From Amphiscolops sp. MND2022 (Eukaryota), in the NCBI GenBank assembly GCA_964187785.1, contig OZ076415.1:27094001-27158000 (forward strand): a stretch of 64,000 nucleotides of DNA. The letters are read 5' to 3'. Shown here piece after piece: positions 49,201 to 60,546 of this stretch. The translations under genes and the position numbers were made by a program. The notes under the pieces are model-generated. The model saw nothing but the letters and a program-made list of their open reading frames with translations. It was not told the DNA's origin and did no database searches. Each line of letters opens with the position of its first letter. Position 1 is the first letter of the stretch.

Positions 49201-52200
49201 CCGTTCACCTTTCCTGTAACTTAAAGTTTTAATGACTTCTGTATCAAAAAATCAAGAGGATTTGTGTTATTTCACAAGAATTTTGTTACCTCACGAGTTG
49301 AGGTTTACTTGGACAAAATTCATGATTCGTTGAGAAATTTTCACAGTCTTGTGTTCTAGGGAACAAAGAACTAACAACTCTTTGGAACATAGAACCAGAT
49401 AACTTGAAGGCCTGTCGAGCTGAGAACCGTCGAATTTTCCCCGAAGTGAAGGACTTCTTCCAAGAGGCGTCCGAACAGCTGGAGCCTGGAGCAGGAATTG
49501 AAGACGAGTACAAGTTGATTTTGAACCCAAACTATCAGTGGTGCGCTCTCCGTTTGCTAGCAAGACGAAGCACTCTTTTCTTTCAACCCAATTCTCAGCT
49601 ACGCACAATACCTGACTTTCTCAAAGGTTCGCTTTTCAACTACAATTTAGTTCGCTTAGTAGATTATCTGACTCGAATCAGTAACATGATCAGGAGAACG
49701 TGTTAGTTGTTTCGTATGAACTAAAAACTCCCGAATCTTGAATGCATTACGAAGTAATTCGCGCAAGTGATAAGTTGACATTATTTTGAAAATTTTATCA
49801 AGAGTAAAAGTAGCAGTTTGGTTTAAAACGTTTCATTTTGCAAGCTTTTTAAATAGAATGTTATTGATGCGATTTCTGTAGGCTCAAGATTTTCTTGAAT
49901 TTCTATACTTTTTCTCATTTTCAGCAATGATAGAAAAAACATTCAACACGAAACCGGCAGCGAATACCACGAAGACCGAAAACGATGCTTCTCGAGTGGG
50001 AGAGTCAATGGTTTCTCAGCCACCGAGCGAAGCGGGTGACAAAAGTGTCAACAACTCTGCTGACGCAGAAGACCACGAGGACGAGAGTAACGAGAACGAA
50101 GACACGTCTCTGAAAGAAGAGACTGGTATCAACGAGAGCCGAGTGCCCGATGAAAATGAAATGACAACCATTGCGAAACATATACCCACGGAAAATTTGA
50201 AAGACCTTGCTGTCCAACTGGATTTCAAAGATGAAGAAATAGAATTCTTGATGAAGGTCGGTTATTTTTCGACTATTGAAAATTTCATGTCTGGAGTTAT
50301 CAAAAAGGAGTATCTGTTCGCATGTCTCCGTGGAGCATGATCAGTTTGCAAAAATGAAACTTTTCGATTTCATCACGAAGTGAGCTTAAATTTAGTTGTT
50401 TGATATTTTATAGAGGATGGCTTAAATTGCCAATTCCTAAATTTCTGGCTTCCTGCAGAGATCAAAATCCAAGATGGTGTTTCAAGAATTGAAACTGTTT
50501 ACACATAGCTATGGGAAATTTAAACTTTTGAAGTTTTTGTTCAACTTGAATTTCTTTGACGCATTTTTGTACTGATTAATTGTGCCATTACTTCAAGCAA
50601 ATCGGTGTGAATGTTGTAGGAGCCGCTTTGGTGTGTGAACATGCTCAAGCAGTGGATTGAGCGAGAGGGCGAAGATGCCAACGTGGGCAACTTAGTGCAG
50701 TCTCTACTGGACGTTGATCTGCCTCACATCGTGTTTAGAGTCTACCCCAAATTGCTGCCCTCTCAGTATCGCAAAAAGGTATGTTCGTTTGACACCTGCA
50801 TTGGAAAGGAGCGGAATTTCATTTGAGGGCCCATTTCATTCAGATTCCTTTTAAGGCACTAAAGTTAGTTACGTGGCACAGCTACTTAAGAATTTTTAGT
50901 TTTTTTCCAAAAAGTCGAAACTTGAACTTCATTTCAAAATGCATTTGTTACTTGCATTGTACGCGCGAGGCGAAAATTGAAAAGCATAGGCGCTAAGGTG
51001 CTTAGTGCAAGTCTCGTGAAGAATTCGTTTGATGAAAGTTGCGGCATTTCGCCAAAAGAGCTCACGTATAGGACGTATTATCACAAAACCTTCCTGAGAT
51101 AATCATGAGAAACATTCAAAATTTCAAAAACGAATTTTTCTGATTGATAAGTAAATGAAGCGAAAAAAATCTCCATCTCTTGTATGCGAAATTGTCTCAT
51201 ACAATGGGTGACAAAATTATACTCAGTCGAATATTTCAGCAAAATCTCTAAAAATATCAAGTTTCGACCAATTTTTAGTGTCTAGATCAAAGACTGAACC
51301 CCATTTTTGTCGGCTAAAAGATGGCCCATATCTGTGGCGTACTGAATTTGTATATATGATCGGCACTGGCGAAGTTGGAAAATAAATTTGAAGGAAAATA
51401 AATGACGCCACAATGAATATTACATCAGAAGTAAAATCGTTTTCAGCGTATTTATCCTGATATTCGATTTTTGGCCTGAGGTAGCCGTGACTTTACCCGC
51501 TGGATAATATAACTGAATGGTAATATAGAGGAATTTGCATGCATCGACTTTCGTCTACTCGGGTCGGTTGCAAAGTTACATAATAGTTTCATCTCTGTCG
51601 ACCAATCACAATTGAGAATTCAATTCGTTTCTGCATTATTATCGAGCAGTTATACTCCCTATCACCATGGCCTGAAGCTGTGACATAATTGATTTTTCAC
51701 AGTTTTGTTTCTGCGTCAAAAAATCATAGTTGAAATTTTGTTGACCAAAAACTAGTCAACGGTTTCATGGAGTTTTTGGAAGAACGTATAGTATAGATTA
51801 GGAGCAACCAGGGCTCAAGTTTGACAAACAAATGAAAATGTTACAAGTTTGAGGACACTTTTCTTGGCTCGTGTAAAAACTACACTCGTGATTTTTCGAA
51901 TGTGGATAGTTTTGAATACGTGAATTATAAACGATACATTTTCAGAACCTTAAATGGAAATATACCGAAAACTAATAAATTAATTAATCTGTTAATAACT
52001 GGTCTTTAACCTTATATCTTAAACTGGTCCCATGTTTTATTTTTAAGTGTTCACAGGCAGTTGTGAAAAACGCCCGGAAATGGAATTTTTGATCAAATTT
52101 TTCTAAACTTTGCGCAATGTGTCCATTGAACCATTCAATGTTTTTGTTGAATGAAAATTAGGCTAAAGCTTTTAAAATGTCGGTTAGTTACGGTCAATGT

Positions 52201-52286
52201 TCCTTTTTCAGGCTCTAGAAAAGCTGAAGGAACCCCAATTAGAGAATGGTACGCAAGAAAACGCCGAGCCCATGGCTGTGTCGTGA
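34247..52286 (+). CDS. THOC1: THO complex subunit 1 (Hpr1 ortholog, C-terminal death-domain-like region)
   Basis: Exons 34247-34604, 34953-35199, 35523-35822, 46390-46561, 48907-49168, 49360-49626, 49925-50256, 50620-50778, 52212-52286 (in frame, 723 aa). GKNYLLRMCN.LLRRLS, FWSLQDFFRNP, LQLEDINFRRH, WNTWKNSGC, GNKELTTLWN, WCALRLLARRS. Start codon and last exons less certain. Confidence 0.9.
36892..36959 (+). repeat. tRNA-like cassette (pseudo-tRNA/SINE head)
   Basis: TGGTTAGTGA A-box-like, TTGAC-TTGGGAA-GCCAA arm, GGTTCGAATCCC B box; acceptor stem poor. Confidence 0.55.
37104..37796 (+). mobile_element. Helentron/DINE-1-like element, family A
   Basis: TTTTTAGTCGGCGC 5' end; AAAGGGTCCCCC repeats; GGCGCCGACT 37767-76 plus GCCG-GTCC-CGGC hairpin plus TTGTTT. 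Confidence 0.85.
38361..45320 (-). CDS. CAPSL: Calcyphosin-like EF-hand protein, nested antisense in THOC1 intron 3
   Basis: Exons (minus) 45320-45122, 40212-39998, 39635-39488, 38632-38361 (277 aa). CLSRGASGIRDLGRVFR, EF hands DDSGDQQLDFYEF, DKDNSGSINFDEF, DQNDNGTIEIDDL; KDGTVTKEEF..YYAG.SASIDND.YF..MMR.AW. Confidence 0.88.
38724..39263 (+). mobile_element. Family A element (degenerate)
   Basis: AAAAAGTGCCCGACTTACAGTG; 3' GGGGCGCCGATT plus AGACG-TTTC-CGTCT hairpin. Confidence 0.7.
40531..40723 (+). mobile_element. Minimal family A element (~190 bp, lacks central repeats)
   Basis: TTTTAGTCGGCGC...AAAAAGTGTCCGACT; GTGCCGACTGG plus AGACG-TTCT-CGTCT plus TGTT. Confidence 0.75.
41472..41956 (+). 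mobile_element. Family A element with internal tRNA B-box
   Basis: TTTTTAGTAGGCG 5' end; GGAGAGCGTGGGTTCGAGTCTCGC; GTCGACTTGG plus GCCG-TTCC-CGGC plus TTGTTT. Confidence 0.8.
43187..43540 (-). mobile_element. 5'-truncated LINE 3' end inserted in the host LINE
   Basis: CTLCG..DEYHLLFAC (CCHC), stop, AATAAA, (TCT)n tail; host frame NLLK|SYLSN restored on removal. Confidence 0.75.
43655..44155 (+). mobile_element. Family A element inserted at TT without TSD
   Basis: Removal gives GAAGGTGTTCCATCTAGG, which on minus restores in-frame CLDGTPSCC of the host RT. Confidence 0.9.
47040..48712 (+). mobile_element. Family A element split by a family C insertion
   Basis: 5' TTTTAGTCGGCG...GCCCGAC..ACAGTGGCTAGTTTTTT to 47096, resumes ~48270; 3' AGCGCCGACTTT plus AGACG-TTCC-CGTCT; an extra 3' end at 48720-48754. 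Confidence 0.8.
47097..48266 (+). mobile_element. Helentron/DINE-1-like element, family C, copy 1
   Basis: SubTIR GGCTTCGAGCGA 47099-110 / TCGCTCGAAGCC 48228-39; 3' hairpin GCGCAAA-TTCC-TTTGCGC 48242-59; T-runs both sides. Confidence 0.88.
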
Positions 52287-54310
52287 TAGAAGCAAGCGAG
52301 GACTCAGGACTGGTCTATTGAACTTCAAGAAGACTTTGTTTAGCTACCAATGAAAGAAAGAAATTCTAGTTGATAGAAGAATCAATGGCCCTGAGTGATA
52401 CTTTCTTTTTGCCCAATTTCTCCTTTGTGTTGAACTGAATATTTTGATGGAAATTGTTGTTCATGGTAGTACATGATATTCATAACTAGCCAATGAGTGA
52501 ATGTTACTGTCAAGTTTTTTTCTCCAAAATTTAATGAATATCTCCTTTCATCTTTTCATCGCCTCAACAATGCCTCTAGCTACCAAAAATAAACAGAGCA
52601 AGCAAAAAGACTTACGGAAACCTGGAACTGCTTGAGAAAAATAGATTAAAAATCAAGACATTTTCGCATAATTTGGTGATTGCTTTTTTTTACTATACTT
52701 GCCATAAACGAGCGTTGTGGTTGCTTTCTCCGTGTAACAACTCGCTAATCGCATCTATGTAATTCGCAAAGCTAATCAACTCAGTTTTGCAATCTCGCTT
52801 TTTTACATATGGTAAAGTTTAATAGACAATCTCCAATAATGCAAAATTCTTATCACAGCAGCCGCAAATCTCTGAAAACGGTTTTTGCAAAAAAACCGCA
52901 GCTCCTCGTTTATTTTTTTTGCAAATTCGGATTTATCAATGCTTGAAAATTGTTTCTAGTTGTTAGCTAGCTGCGGCTTATTGAAAGTACTTTGAATTTT
53001 TTGAAAAATTATCCCGCAGTTGCCTGGAAATCTTTAGCAAACAAGTCGCCCTCTTTTAAAAACATTTTAGTCGGTACAATACAAAATGTGCCCGAATCTT
53101 ACAGAGGCAATATTTTTGTATGTTGTCACATTGAATAGTCGACAATATAAATCAATATGTTCAACGCCTTTCGTGATTTCATTCGTCAGGAATACACATG
53201 TAATGATGTGTATAACATTTTTGAGAAAATCAGGTGGTAGCAAGCGTTCCGGCGAATCTTGGTGCGAACCAGTGATTAAAAAAATCCTTATCAGGATGAC
53301 TGATGGTTGTTCCAGCCGATGCCTGTAGACGACTGAAAAAGTTCGACCAAAGAGATCTGGCGTACCAAGTATCTGGAGTCCGAGAAGTTTGACATGTCCT
53401 CCTTTTTTGACATTTTTGTGCGAATGACAAGCTTTATATGAACTTTTTGTCGATGAGACTTCCAAAAGTTTTTTTCACAAAAATGTTTAGCACTTTTAGA
53501 TTTCGATTTTTTTCAAATTCAGATTTTTGATTTGAAGTACTTAAGCTAGTCTCAACTTATTTCCCTTTTTTAAAGTGTATATGAAGCTGTTCTTTCAAAT
53601 TTCTTCTCGCAGTAACGTCACCCTTTCCAGTTCTTTGTCTTCCCTGCAAACTTTTTAACATCTTCTTTATGTATGTTATGCGAGCCTTGATCTAGACTCT
53701 GAACCGCCTACGCTTTCATATTTTTTCGTGTTCACCCTGAGTATTTCCGGGATCAAAGTGAACCTTGCCAATTTTTCCTCACCGTTTATTTTTTTCTTTA
53801 AAAGATTATAATCATCTTTGCTCGACGTTATTCGATGATTGTAGTGAGCAATTGTATTGTAAAATTTCAATTTGAAAATTTTTGGTTTTGGAGTTTTCGA
53901 ATTCTAGGATGTTTCACGATTAGCAGTTGTTGAACTTTCATACTTTAGTGCATTGAACCTTTCTCTCATTCCAGCATCTGGTTATGCTAGAAATTCGTGT
54001 CTTGCGCAAGTATAATTAAAACACCGCTTCGCCTTTGTCAAATGATGGATTTTTTAAAGGATAAGTAGTTGTTTTTCTACAGCAGTAAAAATGACCTTTT
54101 CAACTAAAAAAATCTTCCGTTCTCATTTTTTGGCAATATTTTCATCATTTATTCAATCGTAAAAGCAGGTTATCACAATTGTTATTAGCTTATATCGAAT
54201 TACATCTCGATACATATTATATTCCTATTATGTCATTTCGTTTACATCATATTGTTGAAGTTATTTAATCATGTACAAGCGTTTCCCTCCTCATTTCAGA
54301 AACTAATTGC

Positions 54311-57300
54311 ATGGGAAATGTTTTCTCTCAAGAAGGACAAGAACGTGACTCAGAGCTATTCTTAGGTTCTGGACAGCAATTCGTGCAACTAGAAGTATCC
54401 CGGTTACCCTACCCCCTCCCTTGTGAAGATGCAGGCTCCCCTTGCCCCGATGGCGCCACGTCTCAACGCTCATGTGCGGACGCAGACTCTGCATTCACGT
54501 CCGCATTGGCCGGACTCATTGCCGGCTTTACAAACATAATTGTCACTTTTCCTATTAATAAGGTAAATGTTTCACTGACTATGTTTTCTACTAAAATTGG
54601 AAGTTTTCACTAGAACTTCAAATCGCTATTTGTTTGTTGTTTTTTGAAAAATAAGCACTGCATATGCTGTAGCTTAACATCGACTGATGCTGGAATTTTC
54701 ACAAAGTTTTTTCTCATGCGAGTGCGCTTGTATGTTTTCATCATCGTTATGCTTATTTTGTTTCCTCGCCCGGAGAAACAATATTGCTATGTTACTGCTT
54801 TTTTTTTCATTGTAGTTTAGCATTGTAGTTTTAAGGTCATGCTGCGTCAACAATTAGATGGTTTGATAACTAGAACGGCCATTGACCAAATGAAGAAGGA
54901 AGGAGTCAATTATCTGTATCGAGGAATGACTCCAATCCTCTTACAGAGAACGACCTCCACCTGTACCATGTTCGGAGCTTACGGTAGATTTAGTGCTCAC
55001 CTAGAATGTTCTCATCGGATTAGACACGTGCTTCCATCGCGACATCAGAGGAACTTCGTAGCTGGCCTCATGTCAGGTAACATTACAGTCGCAGACTTAC
55101 TTTTTGTACCTTTTGTTTTTCTTCATGTCTTTTGATTTAACACTCCTAAAATGGGGGCCTTTAGAGACTCCTCCAGAAAGTGTGGACAGTTTAGTGGCCC
55201 GTTATTTCACCTTTTTCGACAAATTTTCATCCGAATTTGATGATAAATATTCAAAGTTTTGTTCTGTCCGTTTTCATTTTCCGCCCCCACAAATTTGTGT
55301 TTGGGAGAGAAAACCATAATCTGTGTTGCGTTTTTTTTACAATCTCCATTTTTTATTATCCTCGTGCTTAGAAAAAGCTGTCATTTCTCCCAGTACGCTT
55401 TATCCGAACTTTTAACGTTATATACGAAGTAAATTGCGTTTTACTAAGGAGGAACCGGAAGTTTGAAAATATTGCGCTATTTCCGAATTTCTGACGTTAT
55501 ATCCGAACTATGTGTTTTACTAAGGAGGAGGGAGGTTCGAAAAAACGCGCTCCTATTTGTCTCAACACATTTTCATAGCAGGCATTTTGTTGGGTGTTTC
55601 CTCTTTGAGTTGCTTATAAGTAACGAAAAAATCTTTTTCTTTACCCGTATAACCTGATGAGTTCTTTGTGAATTTTTATTTTCACGTTTTTCAGGTGCTG
55701 TGGAGTCTTTGTTGACTCCTTTTGAACGGGTACAAGCTTTACTGATTGATTCTAAACGACACATGCAGTTCAAAAACACTTTAGACACATTTCGACACCT
55801 GGGGGGCATTCACACGAAAGAGCTATACAGAGGCTACACTTGTATACTCTTGCGTAATTGCATTACATCATCTTTGTGGTTCTCCATGCGCAGTAGACTC
55901 AATGAAAACTTGATAGCAACTAGCGGTCTTGATGAGCCATCGTCAAAGTAAGTGCTTTTTCTATCAATGGAAAACAGTTTTTATTTAAACTTTCGCCCCA
56001 ACAGTGAACTTAATTTTGAATTCTTCTGGGAAAAGTCCTTTGGAGCATCCTATGTAGTAATTTGTTATTGATTGTGGCGTTAAGGAGCAGGACGAAACAA
56101 ATCGAAGAGTTGGATCATTTTTGATAAAGTTTAGAAACTTCAGGGACCCTGCATGGAAAATTTTGTAAAAACTTTCCTGCATCTTGTAAAAACTTATAAA
56201 ACTTTCCTGCATCTTGTAAAAACTTATAAAACTTTCCCTGCATCTTGGAAAATCTTGAAAAAATTTTCATGCGCTTTGAAAAAAAGACCCTGCAGTCTAT
56301 TAAAAAAATTGAAAAGGTTCAAGCAATTGGTAAAGAAACTCTCGTGCAATTCAGATCAAAAAGCCAAAAAATAGGCATCTCAAGAGAAACAGAACTGCTT
56401 ATTCGGCGTCCACGCCGCGGAATTGGTGTAACTATGATTTCTTTTCTTAAGCCTCATCAGAAAAACGTTCTCAGCGGTAAAAAAAATCTAAATTGAAGAA
56501 TCAAAATAAACAACAATTGTACAACAAAAAATTACAAAAAAAACGGATATACAAAAAATTCGCAAAAGTCCAGAACTGACACTACAACAGATAGCAATGT
56601 TCCTTTGTACGGGTTGGGTGCAGACTCCTGCATCTTTAGAAAAGACTCCAGGCGAAACTCCCTGAAACAAGCAGTGGTAAAGTTAATGGGCCAGCATTCA
56701 CCTCACATAACTTGGAGGACTCACAAAAAATCGGAAATTGCAAAACTAGTATTTTGATGGTTTTCTATTTTCTTATATCCAAACTCTGAAACAAAAGATG
56801 GATCCAAGAAACTTTCTCAGAAGCCCTGTAAAAAGGGTTTTAGGACCATATCGGTACCAATTTAGGACTTATTTCACGGAAACTTCTACCGGAATATCAA
56901 TTCGAACTCATTGCCAAATAGTTTTTTGGAACAATTTTTTTTCGAAAACTTAAAACTTTCACCAAAATTATGAAAAGCTACATTCCACAATTGAAAAGCC
57001 GCAATGTATGAAGGAAATAATAATACCTAGATTGTAAAAACACGAAAGGCTGCAATCCCAAAGCGGAGATCCAAAAGTCCAAAACTGACACTAGACCTGA
57101 TAGCAATGTTCCTTGGTACCGGTTGGTAAAACTAAAAAGTGATTTTAGACGTTATTCCACGAAAATAATGATTTTAGACGTTATTCTACCAGAATACGGT
57201 GATTTTAGACATTATTCTGGTAAAATACAGTGAATTTAGACGTTATTCTAATAAAATAAAGTCTCTGGATCTTTTTTTAAATAAGAAGTCATCAGAAATG

Positions 57301-59814
57301 AATTAGAATGTCCCAAAATTCAACTGAAATTTTCGGATTAGAATTTTTCCTCCCGAAAAACACCTAATTTTTCAACTCATGCGGAAAACTTCAACAGAAA
57401 TGCTCGCAAAAACTTTTAATAATCCTTCTCGTTAGTTTGTCATATTTTCTGAAAATATTTGACGCTGAAAAGGTTGAAAAAATAATTCAAACTTCAACCA
57501 ATCAAAACAGCCTAATTTTAATATTCCGTTCTAAAGTAGTTCCCTAAAAATGCCGTCTAGAACTTTGTTATGGAATTGTTTTCGTTTCTTCTAGCCCGAT
57601 AAGTGATATATATTGCCTATTCCGACAGTTTTAATGCAAAAAAAATTTTACCGAAAAAAATTTCAGTAATACGAATTTGTTTGCCACACTGGCACACGTA
57701 AAAATTTTGTTTACATCATATGTTAGCGTCAGCACTCATAAAATTTGATGTTTTCCCCGCAGAAACATGGAAAATTTCGCGGGGAATTTTTTTTGAACTT
57801 CCTTGATGTTGCTCTGAAAACCCGCCAAATTGTATAGAAATCCTAATAAAAACCTGAAGAAATAGCATTGCATCAGGGAAATACTTTAGCATTAATGATT
57901 TTCCATGAAACTCCCAAAATCATGCTAAAAGTGTTTGGCAACCTATAAAATCATGCAAAAGTTTCAAGCAGTTTCAACTAGGGTTGACAATTTCAACCTA
58001 TTGCATGTTCAACCTTCCGCGATTTCGACCTATACTAATTTAGGCTAATTACTCCTAATTAGTTATAATTTGTTTAGGTGGTTTCCTTTTTCATACTTTT
58101 CTAAATTCAAATGAGCCAGTTTTTACGCCAATTTTGATACGTTTGGCTTCTTCGTGAACAATTACCAATAATTAAACCTGTTTGATTCTTTATTAACTGT
58201 TGTACTGAAACAATAACTCAATCGAATTAGGAGTAATTAGCTATTAGCTAATTAGGTTGAAATTGCATAGGATGAAATGTCCTGACACCTGCTCGAGTTC
58301 CATCAGGTGTGAAAGTAACACTTAACTCACCTAATAATTGTCCATTTAAACCATGAATCATCAACCATTAGACACTGTAACTATATCCAAATAGCTTTGT
58401 TAAAATGTATTCCAACATTGAAGGCGATAAGACAGGAACTTCCTACTACGTTTTCGGCACGTTTCTGTTTAAAAAAAACAAACAAGGATGTCCTTTTTGT
58501 GAAGTGTGAGCAGCACCCTAATGGTATCTGCTGTGCCCAATTGGATTATGTTCGACATTTTTGCTGATGTAGCATTCTCGACTTCTAGCGGGTTTTCTTG
58601 AATGGGTTGAATTTTTGAGAAGTGAAAAACGTAAAACGTAGTAGCTTGTTTTTGCACACGACGAAGTCAATGTGCATTGCAGTCCAGCTAAGAAAGTTTT
58701 TTTTCCACAATAGTCAACTTCATAATGAGCGCCTTTTAGACAAAAGCCAAAACCCCTGAGAGATTCGAACCTGCAGCCTCCCGATTGCACGGCATAAGTG
58801 TTGACCACTGTGCCATAGGGACGTTATTGAACAAAGTTGAACTGTTGAATATATACGCATGCGATTAAAATAATATATATACGCATATTAAAATGATGTC
58901 TTCGTCATGTGTTGCGAAGCACCGCTTCGCCTCTGTGTAAGAAAAACATAATTTCATCAATTATAATGCTAATTTGCTTAACTGACTAACTCCGATAAAA
59001 CTTAGGCGATCTTTTTTGACGAAAATTAAATAATATCGGCCGAAACGTACGAATTCAATTTCATCGTTAGTGTTATTGAAATCACTGTGTGAAGTGCGGA
59101 AAGAAGAATCAGTCTCACGTAGTCTATTGGGGATTGTTTTGCAGAGTCCAATTATGTCAGATCAAAAATTTAGAAAAAAATCTAGGATTTTGATTGATTT
59201 TGTCTAGCATCCAAAGATGTGAAAATTTCATTATTACACAAAACATTTAGTTTCCTAAATGCAAGAGCGAAGTGAAACAACGTGCAACTTTTGACGAGGG
59301 CGCGAGGCGCCCCGTAAGGAGGATGGCCGAATCATACAATCACTTTCGATTTCTAATTCATAGTGAAATTGTCATTTTCGGTCCTGTATAAATCAATTCT
59401 TAAATTATTTGACATTGAATTTTTTTGTTGCAATTTTTGATTCTAAATCATTAGACTCTGGAGAGGCAATTCGTCTATTGTATACCAGAGTCAAATGCGT
59501 GCTCATTAACGTCATGGAACCAGGATAATTTCAGATCCAACAAACTGTTCTTCGACTTCTGCACGGGGTCTCTGCTGGGTGCCTCTCTCTCGACTCTGTT
59601 CTACCCCCTGGCAGTGGCCAAGATGCACATGATGACGTGTGTCTCCCAACCCTACATCTCCATCCTGCAGGCGCTGAAGCACACGTACATCCAGAGGGAC
59701 AGAAAAGTGTCCAGACTCTACACCGGAGCCCTCATTAACTTCCCCAGAGCCATGCTAGGCTGGGGAATAGTGAATGCTGTTTATGAATTTGCTCTGACTG
59801 TCCTGAAATCCTGA
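54311..59814 (+). CDS. SLC25A51: Mitochondrial carrier, SLC25A51/MCART1-like (putative NAD+ transporter)
   Basis: Exons 54311-54562, 54836-55076, 55695-55947, 59535-59814 (341 aa). Carrier repeats TFPINKVMLRQQ, LTPFERVQALL, FYPLAVAKMHM; LYRG motifs; WGIVNAVYE. The paralog (51/52/53) cannot be resolved by eye. Confidence 0.85.
56150..56260. repeat. Tandem repeat, ~30-bp unit (AAAACTTTCCTGCATCTTGTAAAAACTTAT)
   Basis: About three copies visible. Confidence 0.8.
56564..57126 (+). repeat. Two ~54-bp direct repeats (56564-56617, 57073-57126)
   Basis: AAAAGTCCARAACTGACACTA...GATAGCAATGTTCCTTKGTACSGGTTGG. Confidence 0.7.
57135..57255. repeat. Tandem repeat, ~30-bp unit (GTGATTTTAGACGTTATTC core)
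   Basis: Four degenerate copies. Confidence 0.8.
57975..58275. mobile_element. MITE-like inverted-repeat element
   Basis: CAATTTCAACCTA / TAGGTTGAAATTG and CTAATTACTCCTAATT / AATTAGGAGTAATTAG inverted pairs. Confidence 0.55.
58649..58938 (-). mobile_element. Second copy of the tRNA-cassette element (31724-32013)
   Basis: Near-identical sequence; tRNA-like part 58753-58822. Confidence 0.85.
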
Positions 59815-60546
59815 ATGAAAATGTTGATTTGAGTAGCCTCTATTTTTAAACGTTGCAGTAGGAACTTGATTAGATTATTTGTGTGAGAACTTGATTAAAT
59901 CATTTGTAATATACCATTTTAACAAATACAGAAATTTTATCCAATTCAACTCATTTTATCTAAGAAGAAGTGTCTCGGGCTTGGGCATACGAATATATTC
60001 CATTAGTTATGTGGTGAAGATTTTAATGGAGTTATAGGTTCACTAGTTTGTGATCTATCAAGTTTCTCTAGAAATTTTTGAGAAGCCTTTTGACTGATAA
60101 CTGTTCATTTACGGCTTCGTAGATTTTGCGTAATCCGTGTTATGATAACTTCTAGCACATCCAGAAGCTGCAACAGAACAAATATTATGGATGGACAGGA
60201 CTCCTGAAGTCTTGAATGATTTATGTAAGTTGAACTCCTCTTTCAGCTGTCATTTCTATCTACAATGGAGACTATTTACAAAATTGGATTTCTTGTCAGA
60301 TTTGAACTGAATCCCGAAAATTGAAATTTTGGAAGCAAGTCCCCTCTTTAATGTCACAGTGTTCAGCAACAAATTAGTTAGCTACTTAGTATTTTCTTGT
60401 ATAAAGAAGTATTTTTTTCAATAATAAGTATAAATTGTACTGAAAAGTGTCAATATTTTAAATTTTTGAAATTTTTTGCAAGGTCGTAGTTTATGTCATA
60501 CTTTTTGGTCTTAATTCGGTAATAATTCGGCTTCGGTTATTACCTG

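Noticed and set aside
27436-58822. Functional tRNA genes at 27436, 31828, 36892 and 58753
   Set aside because: A/B boxes are present but acceptor and anticodon stems are broken, and most lie inside dispersed repeats.
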